A model generated the notes under the pieces. That model was not told the DNA's origin, made no database searches, and saw nothing but the letters and a program-made list of their open reading frames with translations. This document shows, piece by piece, positions 51,395 through 63,453 of a stretch of 64,000 nucleotides of DNA (its first letter is position 1; each line of letters begins with the position of its first letter). The position numbers and the translations under genes are program-made. The DNA is from Nemertoderma westbladi (lineage: Eukaryota > Animalia > Xenacoelomorpha): positions 39,891 through 103,890 of the forward strand of contig JAUCBJ010002115.1 of NCBI GenBank assembly GCA_032718475.1, given 5' to 3'.

Positions 51395-53477
51395 TGAACT
51401 CACAGATATACCCACCCATTTGCATTGGTGACATTACCTTTGCCGAATTCATGACAGCCGCAAACAGCATTCATGCCAATGGAGTAGATGACGCCCCCCC
51501 TGAGGTCTTTACCCAAGTGTTTGGAGCTTATTCATCCCATTACCATAGACATGTATTCACAAGATAATTCCACAAGAAATGAAAACGAATAGGTTTAGTA
51601 CCCGTTGCCAAGAAGGGCACCCTAACACTCTTATCTTTCCAGATCTTTTCTAAGCATCTTTTCGTGGGATCTCATTGATATTGATTGCTGCAAATCTATG
51701 CAATAGAATTCTATTGAATCGCATCAGGGATCCTGTTGGGATAGAAAATTATTGCAACTAGTATTAGATCAAAGTTCCATAGGTTCCATATAATTTGTGT
51801 CTACCACTGATGGGGATACAGATCCATTTGAAATCGGAGTCATCTAGGGTAACACACTTTAATTTTGATTGCTGTGCTTGCCCTTAGACCATCATATTAT
51901 TAAAGATGGAGTGATAGTAATACCCGCTACTGGCTCAAGAGGTCGAAAAATCCTGCCACGTAGGGCCTACCCTACCTTACTGAACTAGACTTTACTGCTG
52001 ACAAATTTGTAACACAATTTGTAAGAGGGAGTAAGAGTGTGGAATTTCTAGAGGGAGGCCTCTGCTCATTGGAGGAGGCTGCTTATAGTCAGGCTTCCAC
52101 AAAATTTGAAACCTTCCGGAAACCACAATTTTTAATTGAAAAACTTTGGAATTTTTAATTAAAATTAATTGATTCCACTGTTACTCTCCTAAGAGTGAAA
52201 GCGAGCATATTGGGGGATGGTTGAATGTATAGGGCTGCAGCACTTTGTCAGTTGATTTTAATTCTTATTGTATTTATTTATATCAATTTGATTATTTGAA
52301 TTTTAATATTTTCCCCCGTATTCAAGATCGTCCTAAATGTGTAAACCACATTGTGTTAATTAGTTAAACCACTGCAGTCGGCCGCTGCTTATGTCCAACA
52401 GAATGGTAAAGTCAACTAATAGTTGAACCATTCCATGTACTGAGCTGTGAACTGTATACAGTAATTCCAGTGCCAGTCCAGTTTCCAGACCATCATGTAA
52501 CATTGCTTCATTTGAATATTATTCTAATTAGATACATCAACTTTGTGACTTAGAAAAAGTATTCAAATAATATTGTCCAAAAAATAATCCAAATATGATT
52601 TGTCAACTCCTACCTAACTCGGAATTCCCTGCCCTAGCTTCTAAGGGATTCGAATTTGTTAGCTACCGGACCGGTATCTATAAATTAATTTTTAAACATA
52701 CTGACATTATTATATTGTTAAAAATATAAGATTAAACAATAAGCAAAATTTTGACAGTTAACTTTGAAAGTCCTCAGCAAGTCTCTGACCGGATGACCAT
52801 AAAAGCTCAAAGGATCGTATGCTTGAGCATGTGGACGACTTCTGTTACCTGGGATCATGGATCCGGAAGTCAGGTAAGGACCTTCGAATGCGTAAGGGAA
52901 AGGCATGGTTAGCCTTGAATAGGCTTTCCAGGATTTGGAAGTCACAAAGAATTAATCGGAAACTTAAGGTCCGATTATTTAGAGCAGCAGTAGTTCCAGT
53001 ACTCCTCTATGGGAGTCCATGCTGGGCTGTAACTGCTGAGGACACCAAATCTTTGGATGGCACATTCACAAGAATGCTATGCCGGGTTCATTGTGTCAAG
53101 TACAATGCACACATCTCCAACCAGACACTATATAACATTGGAGGTGTCTTATTGGTTCCCCCAAGCTTGACACTAGAACAAAGTCGCCTCCGCTTTGCAG
53201 GACATTGCTTTCGCCGTGCCGTGAGGACCAGCCAGTGCATAATTTTGTGCTTTGGTAGCCTCATGGAGTGAATAAGCATGGTGGACAGCCCATGACTTTC
53301 TTGAGACGCATCTTAAAGGACACTGGCCTTGAAGATGTGGGTGATCTAGCAAATGTCATGGGTGATAGGGAGTTGTGGCGGCGCAATTTTGTCGACAACG
53401 GCACAGCATTCTTAAAAATGCAGCTGCAATGCAGCATGCCGATCCTAGTAGTAGTACCGGTAGTAGTACTGTAGTGC
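51395..53477 (+). mobile_element. Decayed RTE-type LINE (family 2), RT to 3' tail, with a ~0.55-kb insertion near 52090-52630
   Basis: PVAKKG, LEHVDDFCYLGSWI...KLKVRLFRAAVVPVLLYGS..W, RLRFAGHCFR; (TAG)n tail. Confidence 0.85.
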
Positions 53478-53849
53478 TAATCCAAAAGTTAAACAATCCC
53501 AAGGGGCGTTTTTTTATGTAAATTTTCATATTATAGGCCTAGCTCGTTATAGGTGGTTATAGCCTGTTATAAGAAGTTATAGCCCGTTATAGATCGTTAT
53601 AGCCCGTTATATCTTTTAGTACGTACCGCGCGAAGCCCCCACGAGCACGAACGTGTGTCAGTCTTAGTCCCCCAGTCAGTGTCATTCTACCATAGGAAAA
53701 TTCTTAATAGGCCTACAGAAATATCCAAAAAATAATTAAATACCGTAGCCTTTAGCCTTTAGAGGTTATTAGACATACTGCCATATAGTATAGTGTATAG
53801 GCTAATTTGTTACGTCTACGTCAGTACGTGCATTCAATAAAAGGCGAAC

Positions 53850-55055
53850 ATGGCTGACACTGGCATTGAGTCCTTAAAGTTGAGGGTGAAGGAACTAGAA
53901 GAGGAGTTGGAAAGGACCCGTCGTTCTGCGGAGACCGCGGATGATATTAAATCGTGTCGCTCTAAGATTAGCGTAATGAGTAGCGAGGTAGTAGATTCCA
54001 ACCCGTACAGTCGATTAATGGCGCTCAAACGAATGGGAATAGTTCCAGACTATGAGAGGATCCGTGGCTTTAGCGTGGCGGTTGTGGGTGTCGGCGGGGT
54101 GGGCAGTGTGACCGCCGAGATGCTGACCCGATGTGGCGTAGGTAAACTCATCCTCTTCGACTACGATCGGGTGGAACTAGCCAATATGAATCGTCTATTC
54201 TTCCAGCCACACCAGAGCGGTTTGAGTAAAGTAGAGGCGGCTAAAGCGACTTTAAATTCAATAAACCCAGATGTAGAGATCGATACCTACAATTACAACA
54301 TAACGACTCTCGATAATTTTCGCGATTTTTGCTCGCGTATCTGCCATGGCGGCTTGTCCGCCGCCACGCCGGTGGACTTGCTCCTCTGCTGCGTCGACAA
54401 CTACGAGGCCCGACTAGCGGTGAACACGGCGTGCAACGAGTCAGACCTTCCGTGGATCGAGTCCGGGGTTGCCGAGAACGCCGTCTCCGGACACATCCAG
54501 TTCGTGTTCCCGGGTCGGACCGGCTGCTTCGCGTGCGCGCCGCCGCTCATCGTCGCCTCCGGTATCGACGAGTCCAGCCTCAAGAAGGACGGAGTCTGCG
54601 CCGCCAGTCTCCCGACCACGATGGGCGTTGTTGCCGGCCTCCTCGTCCAGAACTCCCTTAAGTACCTCCTCGGCTTCGGCGAGGTATCCTTGTACCTCGG
54701 TTACAGCGCTCTCACCGACTTCTTTCCCTCAATGTTCCTCCGTCCCAACCCGGTTTGCGATGACCTACAATGTCGCGCCCTCCAACACAAACACCACCCC
54801 GTGGACTTAGACCAACTCGTAGGGCGAAAGGCCAAGTCGACGCCGACCCAAGTCGTCCATAAGGACAACGATTTCGGTATCGTTCTAGTAAGTGAGACCC
54901 CCGCAAAGGACCTGGAAGAGCCCAGCGAGGTCAGTGAGGGGATCTACGTCGCCTACAGTAAGGTCGCTAATAGCCGGGCTGCCGGCGACGATGTATCTGA
55001 TAAGGATAATGAAGTTAGTTTAGAAGAATTAATGGAGACAATGAAGAAGCTATAG
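53850..55055 (+). CDS. UBA5: UFM1-activating E1 enzyme, intronless CDS
   Basis: [50 protein letters not shown], catalytic [13 protein letters not shown]1-binding [10 protein letters not shown]-terminal SLEELM. Confidence 0.97.
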   Translation: MADTGIESLKLRVKELEEELERTRRSAETADDIKSCRSKISVMSSEVVDSNPYSRLMALKRMGIVPDYERIRGFSVAVVGVGGVGSVTAEMLTRCGVGKLILFDYDRVELANMNRLFFQPHQSGLSKVEAAKATLNSINPDVEIDTYNYNITTLDNFRDFCSRICHGGLSAATPVDLLLCCVDNYEARLAVNTACNESDLPWIESGVAENAVSGHIQFVFPGRTGCFACAPPLIVASGIDESSLKKDGVCAASLPTTMGVVAGLLVQNSLKYLLGFGEVSLYLGYSALTDFFPSMFLRPNPVCDDLQCRALQHKHHPVDLDQLVGRKAKSTPTQVVHKDNDFGIVLVSETPAKDLEEPSEVSEGIYVAYSKVANSRAAGDDVSDKDNEVSLEELMETMKKL

Positions 55056-55466
55056 TGATGCTAATTAACTGTAAAGTAGCTTTGTAATCATAAAAAGCTA
55101 AGAGTCGTGTATTTTAGGTGTAATGTAATGTACAGGGGTTCACCGGATATCCGGTTCACCCCTATTGTAATGTAACCGACATTCCATTGGGCTTGTGTGT
55201 TTGGTGTCAATTATTATGTACTTACTTATTAATTTATTATTAAAGGTGCAGTATATGTTGTTAACATTCAACATTGTTTTCAAAAACAACTGCTGGTTCA
55301 CATCTATCATTTAGCCGCCCGAATGTTTGTTTGTTGAGTCACCTGTCTGCCGTTAACTGTTTCTTTTCAAACACAATAACTTCTCCAAAGGTGAAACTGA
55401 TAACACAGTTAACAAGTCGAATCTGAAATTGGAAAAACAGAATGTGGGGCGGGGGTGTATACGTTA

Positions 55467-55756
55467 AGCAGACACTGGTGCAGACACTGATGCAGACAGT
55501 GGTGCAGACACTGGTGCAGACACTGGCGCAGACACTGGTACAGACACTGGTGCAGACACTGGTGCAGACAGTAGTGTAGACAGTAGTGAAGACACTGGTG
55601 CAGACAGTGGTGCAGACACTGGTGCAGACAGTGGAGCAGATACTGGTGCGGACAGTGGTGCAGACACTGGTGCAGACAGTGGTGCTTACACTGGTGCTGA
55701 CACTCGTGCAGACAGTAGTGCAGACAGTGGTGCATACACTGGTGCTGACACCTGGT
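55467..55756. repeat. 12-bp tandem repeat (GCAGACACTGGT)
   Basis: Directly visible; gives 4-residue periodic ORFs in several frames. Confidence 0.9.
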
Positions 55757-56205
55757 GAAAATACTGAAATACCAGAGTACCACAAAACACAATACCACCA
55801 GGCACTATTATATTATATTTTATCATAGACTTTATTATCTACAAATATGGGAGTAACTACTGAAAGGTTCTACATGAAGTAGGGAGGAAGTATAGTACAA
55901 GTCGGGGTGCGTGGGGGTGAATGTGCCCTGATTACAAATAATTATAAGTGGTGTGTACGAAAGTAATTAATCGGTATTCCCGTTTTCATATAAACAATAA
56001 TGTCTACAAATTGTAAGCAGCAATGTCTCCAAGGAATGAGGTTTAAGCGACATTGTTTGATTGTTTATACATGACCTACGTTATACAGAGTATGTTTAAT
56101 TTGTTTACCTTTACTGGAGTCACTGCTTATTAATAAAACGAGCTAATTAAGTTCTTGTCTCATGCTGGGGGTATTCTTAGCCCGCGAGTATTCTTAGCCC
56201 GTGGG

Positions 56206-56492
56206 TATTCTAATTCCTTCAATCAGTCTCCATAGTGCAAGTATCTGAGCTATTGTTGATCTATTTGGTCGAAATCCGTTTTGGCTCTTACGCAGTAGTT
56301 TCTCTATGTGAGGCCTAATCCTATATAGAATCATTTTATTGTATATTTTGGCAGCTACCATAAGCAGACAGATCCCACGATAGTTTGTTGGAATACCGGA
56401 GGTCTCCTTTCTTGGGGAGAGGTTTTAGTTGACCTTTAGTCCAAATTGGTGTGACTTTTCCCTTTTAACATCCGGTTGCAAACATTCAATAA
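56206..56492 (-). mobile_element. RT fragment of RTE-type LINE family 1
   Basis: Reverse complement aligns with 40806-41035 and continues into QNGFRPNRSTIAQILAL, which is deleted in the 39-43 kb copy. Confidence 0.85.
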
Positions 56493-57913
56493 AGCTTTTT
56501 GTTGTAAGATTGGTAGTAATTAATCCATTCAAGGAGACAGATCATGCGTTCGTAGAAGCGAACCTTGTGTTTGAATACCTTCGCCAATCACCTCCGAGAG
56601 AGTATTTCCCCACCTGAACAAACAAATTAATTAGGGACTATTTAAATTAAAAACAATTAAAACCATTTGGAATAGTCAACTTGTACACCGATTGATATGT
56701 AATTGAATATGCAGGTTCTGCAGGGTCGAACGATACATTTCAATTTCGATTCGAATAAATTATTATTAATAATATAATTAATTATATATTGAATATATAT
56801 TCATATTTACATGGAATTAATTAAATTATAATTCGAGTAATTAATTTTAAATGCGTTTAAACATAATTGATAAATAAAGGTAACTCCAAATATCCAAAAC
56901 TCAAAAATCAAACTCAAAACTCAAAAATCTCAAAACTCCAAATATCAGATGATAATAAATATAATAATCATACGTTAGTTGGGCCTTCGCACAGGACTAT
57001 GTAAGCAGCTTAGCATACGGGGTATCGCTATTCCAACCGTTACATAGACGCCAACTAGCGGGAGACTGGTGAACTGCTGAGTCCCCACACGCATATTCTA
57101 TTTCAGATATTCGACAGACTAAATGTCTATAACAAATTTGGTTTAATTTAACATGAGATTGACGGTGTTATTCAAACAAACATTTGCCAACATAACAGTT
57201 GAAACAGCGGCGCCGTATGATTTGCTCGTTTACTTAGTCGCTCGCCCCACAATAGAGTTGCATAATTTATAGGACCTATATAATTAATTGTGCTGCTAAG
57301 TAGATGACTAGGTTGTTTGAAGCTGAAAGCTACAGCGCCCCACAGCTGTGGCGCCGTCTTTACTGAGCCCCAGAGATTTTGTGGAGGACAGGTAGTTAGT
57401 GTGGATGGCACCAGGAACTCATAAACCGGGGATACATACCAAACAATAACATAAACAGTAAATAAACATATAAATTAAATATAATATCATATGGTTTAAA
57501 TTCTAAACTGAAACTAAATTAAATAACATTATTGCACGACAATCGGAGGATAAATTAATTATATCATTAATAAAACAAAACACAGAAAAAATACAATAAT
57601 TACTGAGACGCGATAGAAAACTAACAAAAAATACCAAACGTATTTTTAACCAATTTGACAATAACATTTATAGCCATGAAACTTTATTATACCCGATCAC
57701 CATCATAACATATTCGAATTCCTATACAACTAAAATATCCATTTAGTATAGGGGAGATCATATTTAATTAAAAATAAATACAAACACAAACAGTAGTGGG
57801 TGGATTCTAATCTAACTAAGAGCACAAATAAATTAAATACTATCTGTTGGAACTACTTACTTACAGGTTAAAATATGGATATGTGATTAAGTAATTATTA
57901 TCTACGGCAAATC

Positions 57914-59428
57914 TCAATCCTCCAGACCAATAACCTCTATTATCTCGCAACGGAAGTCAGTAGACCCAGGTAGAGGAGGGTTATCGAATGTATCGCAGCG
58001 GTTACTTGACCCGCAGTCCAGGTCAGCCGGTAGTAAGAGTCCGTTGCCCGCACCGCCACCCCCCACAAACAATCCCTGCGTATCCGCGCGCACAAACAAA
58101 CTGTTACTATGCTCCGCCATTAAGCCATCCCGCTGCCCCACCCACCCGTACTTCGTGGCTCGCCCCTCAGTCAAACAGAACAGAAAGGTCTCCCCGGTCC
58201 CGAAGTATCGGCCCTGACTACGGACTCGGGCGTCTAGACTGGTCGATATGTAGGCGCCAAACACCTCCCCGGTCCCCAAAGCCCGGACGACGACAACCAC
58301 AGGTTCGAAACACTCGCAACGGCTGTAAACAGTCTGCAAACTGAACCCGTGGAGTTTGGAAGTGAATAACAGTTGGGGTTGGTAGACGGCTTTACGTTGG
58401 GGCAGCCAGCGCCACAACTGGGTCAACTGGTCTCGGGACAGCAGAGAACCCTCTGGGGTCTCCAGCAACGGGGTGGACCGGGGCTCACCCGAAGGCCCGG
58501 GGTCTTTGAGACGAAGTCGGGACCGAACCGATGGACAGGTGTTAAACTTCCTTATCTCGGTCGTGGACAAGGACCTAATGTTAAACGATTTACTCATTAG
58601 TTTCGCTTCCGGAAGAGAAAATCGCGCGATAAAGTGTGTTATTGAAGGTAAAATACTCGGGTTTCGCGATGATCCGTACTGCTTCTTATATTTAGAGAGC
58701 AACGCCATGGCGACTCGGTACAGAACTTTAGAACCCTCGGAAAGGAAACAGTCCATAACGCAGACTAAATAACGCAACGGTAAATAACTGAACAGCCACC
58801 AGACCCAATCGGAATAGACCAAGTCGATGTCTTTGAGATGCTGACGAAGGATGAAAGATCGACTGGATTCGTCGTGTTTCTTGACGACTTCGATAAAAGT
58901 TAGTCGGAAGGTATCAAATCCTTTGAAGGTGTGTTGCACGTGTTTACAGTTTTTATCCTCTAGTAAAGTCGCGAGAACGCAATAAGTTTGATCCGGGGAA
59001 ATATAATGCAGGAGGAGACTGGCTATTGATGGGAGAAGCGGTGAAAATGTAATGTCGGGATATACGTGATGACATATCGCGAGAATTAATCTCATATTCT
59101 GGACGCCGTTAGAATTCAAACAATATGTACCGGTACTAATGCGATCCTCTAAAACGAATGGTGGAAGAGGAATGTTTGTTGGTTCGCATTTCGCCAATAT
59201 AGAATCTTTCATATCGGAAAACACGACTTTATGTTGGTCCATAGAGTGTTTCGGAAAAACGTTCCCCCATATCTCTCGACGTATGGGATGGTTCAACGGC
59301 CATTGGCCTTCCCGGATAAATTTTTTGTATAGTTTGATATTCGATGGATCGGGGACGTTCACGTCAGCCGCGCCAACTAACAGCGGCGGGAGAAGTGATG
59401 TATCAACGGCGTCTTCGTTATACGCCAT
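57914..59428 (-). CDS. TBC1D24: TBC domain plus TLDc domain protein (TBC1D24/Skywalker), intronless CDS
   Basis: IREGQWPLNHPIRREIW, YPDITFSPLLP...LLLHY, DCFLSEGSKVLYRVAMALL; TLDc motifs FTSKLHGFSL, VFGAY, YFGTGETFLF, CDTFDNPPL. Confidence 0.93.
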   Translation of the reverse strand: MAYNEDAVDTSLLPPLLVGAADVNVPDPSNIKLYKKFIREGQWPLNHPIRREIWGNVFPKHSMDQHKVVFSDMKDSILAKCEPTNIPLPPFVLEDRISTGTYCLNSNGVQNMRLILAICHHVYPDITFSPLLPSIASLLLHYISPDQTYCVLATLLEDKNCKHVQHTFKGFDTFRLTFIEVVKKHDESSRSFILRQHLKDIDLVYSDWVWWLFSYLPLRYLVCVMDCFLSEGSKVLYRVAMALLSKYKKQYGSSRNPSILPSITHFIARFSLPEAKLMSKSFNIRSLSTTEIRKFNTCPSVRSRLRLKDPGPSGEPRSTPLLETPEGSLLSRDQLTQLWRWLPQRKAVYQPQLLFTSKLHGFSLQTVYSRCECFEPVVVVVRALGTGEVFGAYISTSLDARVRSQGRYFGTGETFLFCLTEGRATKYGWVGQRDGLMAEHSNSLFVRADTQGLFVGGGGAGNGLLLPADLDCGSSNRCDTFDNPPLPGSTDFRCEIIEVIGLED

Positions 59429-60529
59429 TTATAAACCCAGTCCAGCAGTCATCGCCTATTGGATGGCAAAGTTACCTGTTACCCAGACCATAACCTTAGC
59501 CAGAGAGCTCTGAGCAATCAGCACCTTAATATTTTAATATTTAAACTTTTTAACTTACTTATTTTTAACTACTAATTACTGAATACTGAAATAAACGTAC
59601 GTTAAAATATGATTAGACACAAGTCAGATTATCGCTTCAAATTTTATTTGTTTAATAGTATTTGAAATATTTTTATTCTTTACTTGACTTAAATTAATAA
59701 CTGTTATGATTTTAAAGATTTTATGACCGAATAATATCAGTATAAACTTAACAAATCTAATATGTATTTTTATGCTCTTGGTGCAATAATTTTTTTACAA
59801 TTTTAAAGACATGGATATGGATATTACTGTCTGTCCAATTATGTAAAGTATTACCGGTAATATGTATTCTGTTATTACGTAATTTGTATCTATACAGTAC
59901 TCTATATTTATGGCGTAAAAACAATCAATCAATCAATCAAAAAAAAACTGATAACACCATGCATGGAATTCCACGATTACACCGATTATGGACTTGCTAG
60001 GGCTGACCCTTTATATTCTAAATATAACTTCTGAACTATCTGACAAAAACATAAGTCTTGGCCTACCCTCTCACCAAAAATTAAAATACTGTAGGCATAT
60101 GGTATCATAATCAGAATGGCGTCACCAAGCGCAAAATGACGTCACTACACCAGGATATTGATGATATATATTATGTATTGGATAGGGGGCGGGGGAGTTT
60201 AAACACGTATGGTTAATAAGACAGTAAATTTATTTTAACAGTTAATTTAATAATAACATACAGTATAATTATTATATTATATTCTTTACTTTAATAACGT
60301 ATTTGTTTATTGGTTATCACTCGTATTAATCAGAGACACACTTTGGTTTTTCTGTTTGAGGTCGGTAATTAAACTCAAGTCATTATTGTTAATCAGTGTT
60401 AATTATCAATTTAATTAATTATTATCAACAAATTTAACAATATTAAACTACAGTAGTTCTTGAGGGGGCAAGTGTAACAAAAATACGAATAAGGATACAA
60501 TTTAAATTGTTTACTATAATACATAGTGT

Positions 60530-61579
60530 ATGTCTATAAATATGTCTGGAAGCGGAAATGATCAGAAAAACTACAGCGAGACGTCATTCGCTCGAGAAAT
60601 ACAATCCGGGATAGCGGCGTCCTGGAGTGGTACAGAAGACGCTCCGTTGAATCGAGGCGTCGCCGCGGCGGTGAGCGCGTGGGAAGGTGAGTGCCCGTTC
60701 GTGGCCGTGGAACTGGGCTGCGGGAACGGAAGGAGCAGCGCTACCTGGATCGGGATGCTAAAGGATTCCCTACGGAAACGCGATCCTAACGCGGCGATCT
60801 GGATCTACCAGATGGATCTCCCCGATGTCGTTAATGAGACTGAACTACGCGCGAATGCTCGCGAGTGGACCGACGACCGTTGCCACGCGATATTCCTTAA
60901 ACAATCCTTTTATGAAAAATTCGCGCTCTCCTCGGATGAATCAGCGCATTTTATTTTCTCCCAAGCGTCTCTCCATTGGCTTCCATCGGATCACGAACCC
61001 ACGGTGCTATCGATGGATGCTTTGCGACACGAACGCACACGGGATACGAGTCGTGTCGTTATTTCGCGTGTTTTAGATAACGTAAGTAAATGTTTGCGCC
61101 CCGGTGGCGTGCTAGCGGCAATGTGTTTAGGAAGTGCTACCAATACCAGTGATTCTTGCGCTCCACCGATTTTTGAGTCGATGATAGAGAATTACTCAAC
61201 GGCGTTCCACGCAGCCCTGCCGACCACCGAAGCTGAGCAGATGATGCGCGTTCCCCAAGTTCCTCATCGTCTCAACGATATTAGAGAAATAGCCCTCAGG
61301 AATAACGTCGCCCAATGGATATGCGGAGGTCCCGTACAATTAGAAGGGCAAACACTCCAGAAACCTTTACCGGAGGAAGCTAAAACCATCGCCAAAGCTA
61401 TGTTGTCTATGTTCTGGCCAAATCATTTCCGGAAGACCTGGCCAGAGAGAGTGGATGACTGGGAGACTCTGGTTCTACCGAAAGCGGTGATCGCCATGGC
61501 CGATTCGATGGTTAAGAACGGTTTGTTTTGGTCGAATGATTCCAACTCATCAATGATAGCATTTGTTATACAATACTAA
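60530..61579 (+). CDS. SAM-dependent methyltransferase, SABATH/Methyltransf_7-like, intronless CDS
   Basis: Motif I VELGCGNG, IYQMDLP, SFYE, ESAHFIFSQASLHWL, CLRPGG; N-terminal MSGSG...NYSETS..Q. Confidence 0.78.
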   Translation: MSINMSGSGNDQKNYSETSFAREIQSGIAASWSGTEDAPLNRGVAAAVSAWEGECPFVAVELGCGNGRSSATWIGMLKDSLRKRDPNAAIWIYQMDLPDVVNETELRANAREWTDDRCHAIFLKQSFYEKFALSSDESAHFIFSQASLHWLPSDHEPTVLSMDALRHERTRDTSRVVISRVLDNVSKCLRPGGVLAAMCLGSATNTSDSCAPPIFESMIENYSTAFHAALPTTEAEQMMRVPQVPHRLNDIREIALRNNVAQWICGGPVQLEGQTLQKPLPEEAKTIAKAMLSMFWPNHFRKTWPERVDDWETLVLPKAVIAMADSMVKNGLFWSNDSNSSMIAFVIQY

Positions 61580-62346
61580 CCCTTTTAGGGTTGGGGGTCT
61601 TGCCGAATTGGCCGAAAAATCCGTGGTCCTCTGTCTATTTATAACGACTTGTTAATTAACAATGATATTTATATTTTTAATTAATTAATTGTTTATTGAT
61701 ATTATTATTTATTAATTTTATTGTAATAATTTATTAACTTATTTGTATTAAAGAAGTTCAACGACACTAAATAATTAACTTATTTTTATTAAATTGTATT
61801 TTCTAATGCATAATGTAAAAAACTAGGCATATACAGCACTAAACATTTATTTCAATGACGAGTGATTTTTCTTTAAATTTCTTCTTTTAATTATTTTACT
61901 AATCATTTTATTAGAAAAACTAACAAGTACCAACTTCTTGTGTTTTAGTTGTGCTTGATCTAATCTCACGTGTACTATGATCATATCCAAGACCAACATA
62001 TTATTAAGGTTATTTATTTAATTTTAATGCTATGGCGCGGAGAAACAGAAAAATAATAAATATCCGAATATCAGAGCCATTCAATATTAGAAACTAAATG
62101 CTGTACAAATTATAATAACTATTAAATGAATAAAAATATAGCGTCTTATTTTAATACAAACAACATAAGAATCTATATAAAATTAAGAGGAAGAAGTGTA
62201 AGTTTCATCGGTTACTATTATACTAATTATCGGTTATTAACCACTGCCATAACGCTCTGAAGCTTCACTCCTGCCAGCTAGCTTATTAGAGAATTATTGC
62301 AAACTCATCCTCCCAGACCCAGGTTACATTGGTCTTCGTAGGACAA

Positions 62347-62949
62347 TTATTTTAACAATTCCGGTGCAGTACTATTATTATAGCAGCACTTAAAATGCTC
62401 TTTAAGTAGGGGAATATTCCGTAAAGTACAACCACATCTGTGGCATCGTAAATCATTGCGCAAAATACCAACAGCCTCGTCATGATTAACTACTACTCTG
62501 CCGTAAGTTTCTAAATCGTCCAGAACTTTAGTAGAGTCAACAAAGAAATCAGTTGTGAACGAATTCCAGTGTTTCTTGGTCTTCAGAGAAGGCGAGTCGA
62601 AATCCTGGGATATAGCGTGTAGGTGTAGCCGACTCATACTGGGTATAGCGTGGAAACCAACTCTATAATCCCTGACTAGATCCTTGAAGATATCATTGGC
62701 TTTGTCTTGCATATGTGTAACCAACTCAATGTGGTTTGTAGTTAATGCTTGTAAGTCGTCGATGTCAATCTTTGATACAACGAGGTAGTGGTGTTTGGCT
62801 TTAGGGTTGAGGTCTTTTATAACAACTATACGTTCATCTTCAAAGACAATACAGCTGGGATCCCTCATGCTTCGGATCAACCCCGACGTCCAATACGGTT
62901 CGTGTTTCTTCGACGAAGTAGAAGTCATAGATGATTTTACTTTCGGCAT
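62347..62949 (-). CDS. APTX: Aprataxin (HIT domain plus C2H2 zinc finger; no FHA domain in this ORF)
   Basis: IKDLNPKAKHHYLV, GFHAIPSMSRLHLHAISQDFDSPSLKTKKHWNSF, LRCHRC...IPLLKEH. Confidence 0.93.
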   Translation of the reverse strand: MPKVKSSMTSTSSKKHEPYWTSGLIRSMRDPSCIVFEDERIVVIKDLNPKAKHHYLVVSKIDIDDLQALTTNHIELVTHMQDKANDIFKDLVRDYRVGFHAIPSMSRLHLHAISQDFDSPSLKTKKHWNSFTTDFFVDSTKVLDDLETYGRVVVNHDEAVGILRNDLRCHRCGCTLRNIPLLKEHFKCCYNNSTAPELLK

Positions 62950-63453
62950 TATTTTATAAGAATAGAGAGAATGTATAATATTGATATAGAAATAGTTAGT
63001 AACAATATAGATACATAATAATAATAGTAATAATGGTCAGAGCCGAACAAACAATCGAAATACGATTATTAAACATAAGCTGTTTCTCACGCAGATAGGT
63101 TGAGCAATATCAATCTGCCTTGATTCGAGGGATTCTGACACAGAAATATAATTTAAATTATAATATCGGGTATCCTATATTTTAATGTCGAATTTCTTCG
63201 TATTGATCCATTTATTAGTGCCCACTGTACTTCACGGCAGCATGGGGTGGTGGTACTGTAGCAATTAATAGTAAATACTGCGCAAAAGCAAATCAACTTT
63301 TATTTTTTCGGTCACAAACATGACGTGAACAATCTGAGTAAGAATTTCCATTATATTGATAAACAATAAAAATAAAATATACAAACAAATAAAACTGATA
63401 AGTAAATACGAACTGCGAGTAAATTTAAAACAATACCAACTTATTATTGCCAC

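Noticed and set aside
54329-54906. Overlapping ORFs within UBA5 (likewise within TBC1D24 and SAP30BP)
   Set aside because: These are shadow ORFs of GC-rich coding sequence.
55339-55828. Cys/His-rich repeat proteins
   Set aside because: These are translations of a 12-bp tandem repeat open in several frames; there is no independent coding evidence.
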